A stretch of 47,040 nt of DNA from an uncultured Planctomycetota bacterium (lineage in GTDB: Bacteria; JAJVIF01; JAPKYR01; CAZSPL01), in NCBI GenBank assembly GCA_964608735.1, contig CAZSPL010000006.1, positions 1 to 47,040 on the forward strand, written 5' to 3'. The notes under the pieces were generated by a model that was not told the origin of the DNA, ran no database searches, and worked only from the letters and a program-made list of their open reading frames with translations. The position numbers were made by a program, and so were the translations under genes. Positions 34,899 through 43,206 of this stretch are shown in pieces (the first letter of the stretch is position 1; every line of letters starts with the position of its first letter).

Positions 34899-35478
34899 AC
34901 TCGAACTGGCGTTTGATGTATTGCACATAGACCGCGGCGGCGGGGTTGTGGCCGAGCACGCGGTCCTTCGCGATGAGGGTGGTTACCGGCGCCGCCGAAT
35001 GCATGGTGAACAGCGCGTCGTGACCCACGCACAACCCGCAGATGACATTCAGCCCGCAGCCCGCGTCGTTGAGCATCTTCGCCTGGCCAACCGGGTTGCA
35101 CATCACTTCGATATCTTCATCGGGATGAATCTGCTCCAGCGCGAATTCCTTCTTGGCGATGCCGCAATTCTTGCAGCAGATGGAGACGACGTCGAAATGC
35201 CGCGAGAGGATTTCGGCGACCGCCCCGGCTTCCGATGCCAGCCCGATGCAGAACGCGAGGCCGATTTTCTTCACGCCGAGTTCTTTCGCGAAGTAGATGA
35301 TTTCGCCAAGGCGGTTTTCCTTGCGGTAGTGGCGCGCCTCGATTGCCGATGCCGCCCTGAAGAGCGCGTCGATGCGTTCGTCGCGGTACATCCCGCGCAC
35401 CTCATCGGCGACGCCGTAGCAGTCCTTCCCGTTTTTGCATTCCTTCGTTCCGCACTGGGCGCACTTCGCATCGGGCAT
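34897..35478 (-). CDS. Cysteine-rich metal-binding protein, DUF1847-like
   Basis: AAGGAG RBS. N-terminal C-x2-C-x4-C-x5-C cluster (KCAQCGTKECKNGKDC) and later CC-x2-C, C and C-x2-C groups in a roughly 190-aa protein, as I recall for DUF1847. Family call is from memory only. Confidence 0.6.
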   Translation of the reverse strand: MPDAKCAQCGTKECKNGKDCYGVADEVRGMYRDERIDALFRAASAIEARHYRKENRLGEIIYFAKELGVKKIGLAFCIGLASEAGAVAEILSRHFDVVSICCKNCGIAKKEFALEQIHPDEDIEVMCNPVGQAKMLNDAGCGLNVICGLCVGHDALFTMHSAAPVTTLIAKDRVLGHNPAAAVYVQYIKRQFE

Positions 35479-35492
35479 GATGTCGCTCCTTT

Positions 35493-35682
35493 AAAAAAGT
35501 AGGGACAGTGGGCCTGTTAAAAAGTCGGGTAGCGCGTATCTATTCGCACTCTTGTGCGACGGCTTAGCTGTGATGCGCGCATCATTCCTCGCTGCGCTCG
35601 GAACTCCCGTAAAGCGGGAGATAGATACGCGCTACCCGAACGTATGAAATATATTTTCAACAGCCCCACTGTCCCGACTTTT
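35493..35682. repeat. Composite nested palindromic element (outer arms belong to the repeat family; inner 18-bp perfect inverted repeat plus two small hairpins)
   Basis: Outer arms are AAAAAAGTAGGGACAGTGGGCCTGTT (35493-35518) and AACAGCCCCACTGTCCCGACTTTT (35659-35682), with 2 mismatches. Inner arms are CGGGTAGCGCGTATCTAT (35526-35543) and ATAGATACGCGCTACCCG (35621-35638). Small hairpins lie at 35544-35559 and 35604-35620. The element fills the whole gap between the aldolase-II stop and the DUF1847 start. Confidence 0.8.
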
Positions 35683-35683
35683 C

Positions 35684-37096
35684 TTATTGCGTCTCCGGTT
35701 CGTAGAATTCCACGGGCGGGGCGTCGTTCAGGCGATGCGCGAGCGCGACGTCGAGCCGGAATCTCGCGATTGCCTCTCCCGACGACACATGATGCGCCGC
35801 CTGTTCGAGGGTCACGTTCCCGACTCCAATCGCGCCGATTCCCGCGATGAAACACGCCCCCTTGTGCAGGCGGAGCATGTCGAGGACGGCATCATAAGGC
35901 GCGTTCGAGTTGACCAGTCCCACGCGCGGATTGAGATAGACCGCTTCGGCATCGATGGGCTTGACGACCGGATGTTCCGCGCGGCTCGAATAATCGATGG
36001 AGACTGAATTGGGATCGGTGAGGGCATCGATGCCGAACCGCTGGGCGATGAGGGCCATCGATTCGGCCGATGCAAGCGGGCTCATTGTAATCATGCACGC
36101 CTTGTTGTTGGTATCACGATAAATCGTCTTGTGAAGCGCGAGCTCATAATCGTCATCGTCACCGGGTGCGATGGGGATACGCATTATGGATATTTCCAAT
36201 CCCTCCGGGGCCGACGCAAGCGGGCAGTAGAGCATCTCGCCCTCGGTAATCATCTCGCTCATAGAGCCGGTGCCGTAGGGCGAAATCGCCTGGTAGAAAT
36301 TGAACTGCGCGCGCTCCTTGAATGCATCGATCGTCGCGTTGTCCTTCGTATCATACCGGCCCATTTCACCGGGATTGAAACCTTTCACTTTTTGAGGATA
36401 GATTGATTCTCTGCCTTCCCTCCGGATGCGTCGCGCGACGGCGGTCGTGTCGACGCCGCGGAACCGGGCGTTCATGAGGAGTTTGGCGGATGCATCGACG
36501 AGGGTCAACACGTGCAGGCATTCTTCGAGCGATGCGCCGCGGGCGAACGGCCCGTGTCCCTTGACGAGGGTGACACTGTTGTCGGCGAGGTATTTCGGGA
36601 TACGCTTCTCCATCTCGATGGAGCCGACTGGTTCGAGATATGTTCCGGACGGGACTTTGCCCAAAAGCGCCGCGCCGATGAAGTCAACCGGTTGGAAGAT
36701 GAATTCGTCGGTGCCGTCGACTTCGCCTTCATATATGAGGAAATTCTGTTTCTCCTTCGAATCGAACGACACCGAAATCGCCGAGCGGTAATGCGCATGG
36801 ATTGCCGCTTCGACTCCGGTCAGGCTCATGATTCGGCGGTGTATGGTGGATTCGGTCGACGCGCGCGCATCGCCCCAACTCACACGCGAGAATTTCAGCG
36901 GTACGATGTCGCTCCTGATAAGCGCGCCGATTTGCGCCCCCGACGCGGTGAGGTGGAATGTGTCGCGGTCTACGGGATCGCGCATGCCGATGTTGCCGCT
37001 GTGGGTATTGTTTCCGAGCGTGAGCATTATCGCGCGCCCGATGTCGCGCATCAGCGGGAAAATCGATTCGACGGGATTTTCAGGGCATACGTTCAT
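35684..37096 (-). CDS. Tandem class II aldolase/adducin-domain protein (intact N-terminal domain, degenerate C-terminal domain)
   Basis: The N-terminal domain matches FucA-type motifs: HSGNIGMRD (compare GNVSVR), LTASGAQ, AAIHAHY (H-x-H metal ligands) and LVKGHGPFARGASLEECL (compare HHGLIA...LEKAL). The second half is aldolase-II-like in length and pattern but lacks H-x-H. Its ATG overlaps the aor stop (ATGA at 37094-37098). Confidence 0.75.
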   Translation of the reverse strand: MNVCPENPVESIFPLMRDIGRAIMLTLGNNTHSGNIGMRDPVDRDTFHLTASGAQIGALIRSDIVPLKFSRVSWGDARASTESTIHRRIMSLTGVEAAIHAHYRSAISVSFDSKEKQNFLIYEGEVDGTDEFIFQPVDFIGAALLGKVPSGTYLEPVGSIEMEKRIPKYLADNSVTLVKGHGPFARGASLEECLHVLTLVDASAKLLMNARFRGVDTTAVARRIRREGRESIYPQKVKGFNPGEMGRYDTKDNATIDAFKERAQFNFYQAISPYGTGSMSEMITEGEMLYCPLASAPEGLEISIMRIPIAPGDDDDYELALHKTIYRDTNNKACMITMSPLASAESMALIAQRFGIDALTDPNSVSIDYSSRAEHPVVKPIDAEAVYLNPRVGLVNSNAPYDAVLDMLRLHKGACFIAGIGAIGVGNVTLEQAAHHVSSGEAIARFRLDVALAHRLNDAPPVEFYEPETQ

Positions 37097-39150
37097 CAGG
37101 GTCTCACGTCGTTAAGGAATATTTCCCACGCGGGACGCATCCTCAAGCCCTTGAAATCAAATATATCACTAAGCCCGAGTTCGTCAAGGGTCGCGTCGGT
37201 GGGATGTCCGTTTTCATCCCAGCCCATCGCGGCGTAATACTCGGCGCGCATCGCGGCGAATTCATCGCGGTCGCAGACCATTTCTTTTCCCTCGACCATT
37301 ATCGGCTCGTTGTAAAATCTCTCCGGAAGCCGGTCATCGTCTTTGTTCATCCCGCACAGGATGTTGAACATGCGTTCGAGGGTGATGGTCCGACGCGCCG
37401 CCTTTTCGAGGTCGCTCGAGTTGTAATCAAGCCCGGTGACGTCATTGAACATATTGGCGAACTCATCGAGGGTCACGGAGAATCCGGCGAACGCGCATAC
37501 GCCGAGGATGTCATAGGCGGTGTTGTGATAGGCGGCATTCCTCGCGACCAGCGCGGCGCCTTCGGCCTTGGTGCCGGGGAATTCGCCATAGCCCGCGCAG
37601 AACGCAATCGGCGCGGAATATCCGCCTTGCAGGTGGCATGCGCCTCGCGCGCTGAGCATATATGAGAGGGCCTGCGTCCATGTCGCGCGCGGGTCGTATG
37701 CCGGCATCTCCATTCCCTTGACGGTCATCGCGCATTCGGGATGCCCGTAGCGTTTGGCGAGACGCATCGCGCCCTGGGCTATGTATCTGCCAATTTCATG
37801 TTCGAGCGTAAATTTATTCGTTTTCAAATCATCTTTATAATTGAAGGTAGATTTTATTAACGGAATAAGGCATTTCGTATTCCCGAACACCGGTTTGCCA
37901 TGCTTCCCGACGAAATCAGCGCAGTCGTCGATGAGCATTGCTTCATCGGGGGTTCGTTCTCCCTCGGACTTCGCGCTCACGATTTCATATATTTCCATCA
38001 GGGTCGCGATGGTGCCACCCATGGAAATCGTATCGAAGCCGTAACGGTTGCAGAGGTAATTCGCGCGGGTGATTATATCGAGGTCGTAGATATCGAGATT
38101 CGCGCCGAGGAGTGATACAGTTTCGAATTCCGGCCCCTCGCCCGATTCGGTGACATCGCCGCTTGCCCCGATGATTTGCGTACGGCGCGTGCATCCGATG
38201 GGGCAGTTGTAGCATGCCGCGCGTTTCACTTTCACTGACGGGTGATCGAGAAATGCTTCGCCCCTTATCCGATTGAGCTTGTCGGGGTCGTGGCAGTTGT
38301 CCTGAAAATTGCGATGGATGAGTTCGTCATACTGCGCGAGCATTCCCATCAGGCCGTTGGTTCCCATAGATGAAAGTATCCCGAACTGTTCCGGCGGTTT
38401 GGTGAGTTTGCCCATGCGAAGTTTCGCGAGCGCCTTGTATACCGAGCCGGAGATATTTTTCGGCTTCAGCATATCGGGATGCGCGGTTTCAACCTGCTTC
38501 GAGCCTTCGACCACAATGGCGAAGATAAATTTCGATGCGAACACCGCGCCGCCGCCGCCTCGTCCGAGCGCGCGTCCGCGGTCGTTGATAATTGCGGCGA
38601 TAGGGGATTTTTGCCATCCCGCTGCGCCGGTGGTCATCACTTTCACCCCGCGGCCGTATTTTCTTTCGATTGCATTTGTGGTCTTTTCGACAGAGCCGAA
38701 AATCGAAATCAACGGATACTCGAACCGCACGCCGTTCTCATCGATGTGCAGCTCGACAAAGTCAGCCGGTTTGCCTGTTATCACGAGGGCATCATAACCG
38801 GCACGCTTGAATTCAACTCCCCATTTCCCGCCGGAATCAGATGAGCCGATTCCGCCGGTGAGCGGTGATTTGAACTCGGCGTGGTATCGCGCGCACGTGG
38901 GAACGGGCGTGCCGTTCAGCGGCGATGTCGCGAACACCAGCACATTGTCGGGGCTGAGGGGATCAATCTGGGCGATTGGATTCTCGTATTCATCTCGCTG
39001 CTTGAGTATATAACTCATAAGCAGCGCAGTACCGAGCCCGCGTCCGCCGATGAACATCGATGCAAGTTCCGGCGGCGTGGGATAGCGCCGCCACGTTTTC
39101 GTCGTGAGGTCGACTTCGAGGATATTTCCCATGTAACCTTTTGGAAGCAT
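37096..39150 (-). CDS. aor: Tungsten-containing aldehyde:ferredoxin oxidoreductase family protein
   Basis: N-terminal GNILEVDLTT...FIGGRGLGTALL is the typical AOR N-domain. The [4Fe-4S] ligand motif CYNCPIGCTR is present. A length of 684 aa fits the family. Start may be 39150 or Met 39132. Confidence 0.88.
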   Translation of the reverse strand: MLPKGYMGNILEVDLTTKTWRRYPTPPELASMFIGGRGLGTALLMSYILKQRDEYENPIAQIDPLSPDNVLVFATSPLNGTPVPTCARYHAEFKSPLTGGIGSSDSGGKWGVEFKRAGYDALVITGKPADFVELHIDENGVRFEYPLISIFGSVEKTTNAIERKYGRGVKVMTTGAAGWQKSPIAAIINDRGRALGRGGGGAVFASKFIFAIVVEGSKQVETAHPDMLKPKNISGSVYKALAKLRMGKLTKPPEQFGILSSMGTNGLMGMLAQYDELIHRNFQDNCHDPDKLNRIRGEAFLDHPSVKVKRAACYNCPIGCTRRTQIIGASGDVTESGEGPEFETVSLLGANLDIYDLDIITRANYLCNRYGFDTISMGGTIATLMEIYEIVSAKSEGERTPDEAMLIDDCADFVGKHGKPVFGNTKCLIPLIKSTFNYKDDLKTNKFTLEHEIGRYIAQGAMRLAKRYGHPECAMTVKGMEMPAYDPRATWTQALSYMLSARGACHLQGGYSAPIAFCAGYGEFPGTKAEGAALVARNAAYHNTAYDILGVCAFAGFSVTLDEFANMFNDVTGLDYNSSDLEKAARRTITLERMFNILCGMNKDDDRLPERFYNEPIMVEGKEMVCDRDEFAAMRAEYYAAMGWDENGHPTDATLDELGLSDIFDFKGLRMRPAWEIFLNDVRP

Positions 39151-39153
39151 TAT

Positions 39154-40506
39154 TTATCCGGCGTCCATTCTACCACGCAGCTTCGCGCCTTCCTCCTCGA
39201 AACCGGGTTTGCCCAGAAGCGCGAACATGTTCCGCTTGTACACCTCGACCCCCGGCTGGTCGAACGGGTTGGTGCCCGCGAGGTAGCCCGTAAGGGCGAT
39301 GGAATATTCGAAGAAGTAAATCAGCCATCCGAGATGATACGCGTCGAGCTTCGGGATGTGTATCGCGAGATTCGGGCACCCGCCGTCGGCATGGGCCATT
39401 CGCGTCGCGTCCTCGGCGGTCTTGTTGATATCGGCGATGCGGCGTCGGGCGAGATACGACAACCCGTCGTCGGCATCGGTGCCTTTCATTTCGGGAATCG
39501 CGAGCGCGGATTCGCCTTCGTCGATGGACAAAAATGTCTCGAATAAAATCCGCGGGCCGTCCTGTATCCACTGCCCGAGTGAGTGCAGGTCGCGCGAGAA
39601 TGAGGCTCCCGCCGGGAAAAGGCCCGAATGCTGTTTGCCGTCGGATTCACCAGCGAGTTGTTTCCACCATTCGATGAACTGCTCGATTCGCGGCTCGAAT
39701 GCGGCGAGGAGTTCGATGGGGATTTTTTTTGCGAACATGATATGGCGTATCGCGGCGTAGAACATGGCGGGATTGCTTTCGATGCCGCTTTCCGCGCATG
39801 CCCGGGCGCAATCGGTTGCCCCATCGAGAAGCGCGTCGATGTCGATACCCGCATAGGCGAGGGGGAACAATCCGACGGGGGTGAGTACGCTGAACCGTCC
39901 GCCGACATCGTCGGGAACGATGAACGACTCCCATCCCTCGGCGTCGGCGAGTTCCCTCAGCGCGCCTTTCGCGGCGTCGGTGGTGGCGACGATAAGCCGC
40001 CGGGCATCCGCGCCACGCTTTTCCAATGCTATCCTCAGCAGCCTGAACGCGATCGAAGGCTCGGTGGTGGTGCCGGATTTGCTTATCACGTTGATGCCGA
40101 ACCGCGAATCACCGAGTGATGTCATGAGGTCGGTGAGATAGTGCGCCGACATGTTGATGCCGGCGAATTTCAATGGATAACGCGCATCGGGCGGGCGGAG
40201 GGCTTCATAGCAGGCGCGCGAGCCGAGGTATGAGCCGCCGATACCGATGACGACGAGGGTGTCGGTGTCGCGCCGGAGTTTCGATGCTGCGTCATGAAGG
40301 CGCGCGAGTTCGCCGGGGGGATTCATGGCGGACGGGTCGAGCCATCCGAGGAAATCCGCGCCCGCGCCGGTCTTTGATTGAAGCAGGCGCGCGGCGTCAT
40401 TGAGCTTGCCGGTGAGGGCGGATATCTCGTCGCCGGTGATGTGGCTCCGCATGAGGGATGCGTCTATGCGAATGTGATTACCATCGAAAGCGCGGATGTA
40501 GTTCAT
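39154..40506 (-). CDS. pgi: Glucose-6-phosphate isomerase (short, roughly 450-aa bacterial type)
   Basis: DTLVVIGIGGSYLGSRA and INVISKSGTTTEP sugar-isomerase motifs, plus C-terminal PFDQPGVE-YK. Start is ATG 40506 (GGAGGGG 5 nt upstream); the track start 40509 is a TTG one codon earlier. Its stop is only 3 nt from the aor ATG. Confidence 0.9.
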   Translation of the reverse strand: MNYIRAFDGNHIRIDASLMRSHITGDEISALTGKLNDAARLLQSKTGAGADFLGWLDPSAMNPPGELARLHDAASKLRRDTDTLVVIGIGGSYLGSRACYEALRPPDARYPLKFAGINMSAHYLTDLMTSLGDSRFGINVISKSGTTTEPSIAFRLLRIALEKRGADARRLIVATTDAAKGALRELADAEGWESFIVPDDVGGRFSVLTPVGLFPLAYAGIDIDALLDGATDCARACAESGIESNPAMFYAAIRHIMFAKKIPIELLAAFEPRIEQFIEWWKQLAGESDGKQHSGLFPAGASFSRDLHSLGQWIQDGPRILFETFLSIDEGESALAIPEMKGTDADDGLSYLARRRIADINKTAEDATRMAHADGGCPNLAIHIPKLDAYHLGWLIYFFEYSIALTGYLAGTNPFDQPGVEVYKRNMFALLGKPGFEEEGAKLRGRMDAG

Positions 40507-40558
40507 CAAGTCCCCTCCGGGAGATTTCAGGATGTGGATATTGTACTAAATTCCGAGG

Positions 40559-40653
40559 CCCCCCCCTTAATCCCCCCCACGCTAAGGCGTGGGGGGGAGA
40601 TTAGAGAAGATGAGCGTGGGGGGGAAGATATGAGCTTGCGGAGTGCGGGGGGA
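40559..40653. repeat. Homopolymer-rich element: C8 and C7 tracts followed by three direct repeats carrying G7, G7 and G6 tracts
   Basis: C8 at 40559-40566 and C7 at 40572-40578. There is a perfect 12-bp hairpin, TCCCCCCCACGC / GCGTGGGGGGGA (40571-40582 / 40587-40598, loop TAAG). GCGTGGGGGGGA recurs at 40614-40625 and GCGGGGGGA at 40645-40653, each followed by (A)GAT[AT]. Confidence 0.7.
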
Positions 40654-40751
40654 GATAGCTGTCGTAGCACTTATTGGTGACCATGCGATGACGCTTTAAT
40701 CCCCGAAAAATGTTAGATTATCGGTATAGATTTCCGATAGCAGAGGAAACG

Positions 40752-42092
40752 ATGAAGAAAAATCCGGGAATTACCGAGATCCTCCTCCTTGCGTGTATTG
40801 TTGCGATTTTCGTTTTCAGCGGATGCAACGGGAAGCCCGCCGGGGATGACGGGCAGAAGCCCGCGAAGCCCGGCACCGATGATTCATCGGACGGGACCGC
40901 GAAAGCAGCATCGGCGTTTGCCAAAGGGCACGATTATTTCATCTTCGAGTTCGGCAACTGGGGCGGAACTCTCGGCAATACACCATCGTCCGGCGGCGAT
41001 ACCACGCTGAATGTCATCGATGCCGAGACCGGGAAATGGGCGTGGTGGGAGGACACGGTGCAGGGACGTCGTCAGATGCTTTCCCCCGACGGCTCGATGA
41101 TATTGTATGCCGACGTTCCCGAGTCGAAGGAACAGCTTGTGATAAGGCTCACCGACAGGCTCACCGGCGCAGCCAACTGGGAAACATATATCGACGCCGC
41201 CGGGATGAACTGGTCGACGCGGATAGAGAATACATACTGGGCGCTGGACAAGGGGCTTATCGTGGTCGACATCAAATCGGTTTTCTATGCCGGGCGGAAA
41301 CCCGACCCCACCGGGCGTTCCGTGCACCAGTTGTGGTGGCTGGTTTCATTCGATGCCGAAACCGGCGAACAGGTCGCGCGCTATGATGTTATCTCCGAGG
41401 AAGCGAAGGGCGATTCGAGCGCGCCTATCTTTTCGCATGGGCAGTATGCGGGCGGGCGGATATTCCTCAACATTCCCGGATACCCGATCAACGACTTCTC
41501 GCCGTATGCGAGTATGGATGTCGCGACGAAATTCGATATATACGGGATAGATGTCGTCACCGGTGAAGCGCTCAAGGTCGATATGCGTGGATTGCTCGGC
41601 ACGCCCGCATCGGCGAGATTTTATGTCAACGACGCTGCGACGAGCATCATCGCGCTCGTGGAAGACCTCGACGAAGAGAACGACCCGCGCCCGCAGGGGG
41701 GGTCGATAGTGAAGATCGATATCGCGTCGGGGGAGTGGATGCCGATACTCGAAGCGGACAGTAAATCGGTGTATGCACTGCGCGGGGCGACGCCCGACGG
41801 GAGCGCGATATTATATACGAAACATCAGCTGACCGAAGCCGCCTTCGATTCAAGCCACATGGTTATGTATCTCGACACCGGCCGGACGGTGCAACTTCCC
41901 ATCCAGGGACTGCTTAACCAGCTGTGGATAAGCCCGTCGGCGAAATATGCCGCGTTCGCCGACCTTCTGCGCCTGAAGGTAATCCAGCTCATCGACATTG
42001 ACAGCGGCGAGATGAAGGAGATAGCGCGCATGTCGGATATCGGCGCGCCGCGTCCAATAGGATTCCTCGGCGGCCTCGGCAACGGCCAGTAA
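40752..42092 (+). CDS. PD40/TolB-like beta-propeller lipoprotein
   Basis: Start at ATG 40752 (the track start 40710 is unlikely). MKKNPGITEILLLACIVAIFVFSGC lipobox. Repeats of the PD40 type: SPDGSMILYAD, TPDGSAILYT, SPSAKYAAFAD. Confidence 0.7.
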   Translation: MKKNPGITEILLLACIVAIFVFSGCNGKPAGDDGQKPAKPGTDDSSDGTAKAASAFAKGHDYFIFEFGNWGGTLGNTPSSGGDTTLNVIDAETGKWAWWEDTVQGRRQMLSPDGSMILYADVPESKEQLVIRLTDRLTGAANWETYIDAAGMNWSTRIENTYWALDKGLIVVDIKSVFYAGRKPDPTGRSVHQLWWLVSFDAETGEQVARYDVISEEAKGDSSAPIFSHGQYAGGRIFLNIPGYPINDFSPYASMDVATKFDIYGIDVVTGEALKVDMRGLLGTPASARFYVNDAATSIIALVEDLDEENDPRPQGGSIVKIDIASGEWMPILEADSKSVYALRGATPDGSAILYTKHQLTEAAFDSSHMVMYLDTGRTVQLPIQGLLNQLWISPSAKYAAFADLLRLKVIQLIDIDSGEMKEIARMSDIGAPRPIGFLGGLGNGQ

Positions 42093-42152
42093 TTGGGGGC
42101 TGGCAGCCCGCGGTCCCAGTGCACACATTCATCCGCCCGCGGGTTCATGCTA

Positions 42153-42180
42153 TTGACTAAAAGCTGTTATCCGTTAACAT
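42153..42180 (+). promoter_or_regulatory. Candidate sigma70 promoter for the methyltransferase-nhaP pair
   Basis: TTGACT (42153-42158), 16-nt spacer, TAACAT (42175-42180), about 20 nt before ATG 42202. Confidence 0.3.
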
Positions 42181-42201
42181 TTAAAGGGATACCGCCTGGT
42201 T

Positions 42202-43206
42202 ATGAAGCTACGTCTTCTCGAATATCTCGCCTGTCCCGAGCATCCGGATGATTTCCTCCAGTTGCGAAGGGGCCACGTCGCCAAGCTGTTCGAACTCGGT
42301 ATAGAGGTCGGCTCGCCGTTGTGCCGCTACTACTGCGGACTCGGGCAGGGTCGCCTCGAAGACCTTCCCGAGGGATTCGTACCGGACTGCCAGTCATGCA
42401 TCTCGATGGACATACAGTGGGGAGTGCTTACCTGCCCGGTATGCGGCGGTTTCTACGGGTTGTATGAAGGCGTGCCGATAATCTCGAAATTTTTTCCGAG
42501 GGGCACCGATCCGGCCGCCGACCGGCTCGCCGCCGAATACAATTTCGGCGCATCGAGGAGCATGGAGTATCGAAGACGCGGGCCGTTCGCATCGTTCGCC
42601 GACCGGTTCGAAGCGAATTTCCTCGCGGAAAACATCGACCTCGAATCGATCAATTCCGTTCTGTTCCTCGGTGCCGCGAGCGGTATGGTTCTCGATGCGC
42701 TATGCAACATATGCATCGAGGTCGTGGTCGCGTCGGAGGAACCGCATGAGCTGCTTCGCCGACGGGACAGCGAGCTGCTGAACCCGTCGAGGCTCGAATT
42801 CTATCTCGTGACCGGCACGGACCTGGCGGGAATACGGGATGATTCATTCGACCTCGTCGTCGCCGGCTACAGGCTCTACGGGCCGCGGGGATTCATCGCG
42901 CCGCCCGTCGCCGACCTCGCGCGGGTCACGCGCAAGGGCGGTACCGTGGCGATGATGCTCTACAGGGACAACCTCTACAAGCGGCTCTTCCGCCTGTGCG
43001 AAGGCGAATGCGTCGGACGCGGGGAGGGCGCGAATGCGTTGAATGATTTCCTCGAGCAACTGGCTTCTGAAATGAGCGGGATGGAAATAAAGCACGTCGT
43101 TTCAAACATTTACGATCTCGTTCTCCTTACCCACAGGCAGGAGGATGCGGCGGATATCGTCACGGCGTTCCATGGGGATGACGCGGAGGCCATGATAAAT
43201 GCTTAG
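42202..43206 (+). CDS. Trm112-like zinc-ribbon domain fused to a class I SAM-dependent methyltransferase
   Basis: LLEYLACPEH...LTCPVCGGFYGLYEGVPIISK is the Trm112/UPF0434 pattern (split by an insertion). It is followed by methyltransferase motif I-like VLFLGAASGMVLD, DLVVAGYRLY and RVTRKGGTVAMML. Confidence 0.65.
   Translation: MKLRLLEYLACPEHPDDFLQLRRGHVAKLFELGIEVGSPLCRYYCGLGQGRLEDLPEGFVPDCQSCISMDIQWGVLTCPVCGGFYGLYEGVPIISKFFPRGTDPAADRLAAEYNFGASRSMEYRRRGPFASFADRFEANFLAENIDLESINSVLFLGAASGMVLDALCNICIEVVVASEEPHELLRRRDSELLNPSRLEFYLVTGTDLAGIRDDSFDLVVAGYRLYGPRGFIAPPVADLARVTRKGGTVAMMLYRDNLYKRLFRLCEGECVGRGEGANALNDFLEQLASEMSGMEIKHVVSNIYDLVLLTHRQEDAADIVTAFHGDDAEAMINA

Noticed and set aside
35493-35682. 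A Moco/tungsten-cofactor riboswitch or other known riboswitch next to the AOR operon
   Set aside because: I could not find the conserved Moco-motif elements that I recall (GCCUCC... and GGAAAGG-type loops). The outer arms clearly belong to a dispersed repeat family, so a repeat or terminator explanation is more economical.
40587-40653. Possible mini-CRISPR array, from the three direct repeats carrying G tracts
   Set aside because: The repeats are only about 12 nt, spacers are 15-20 nt and irregular, the third repeat is degenerate, and there are no cas genes.
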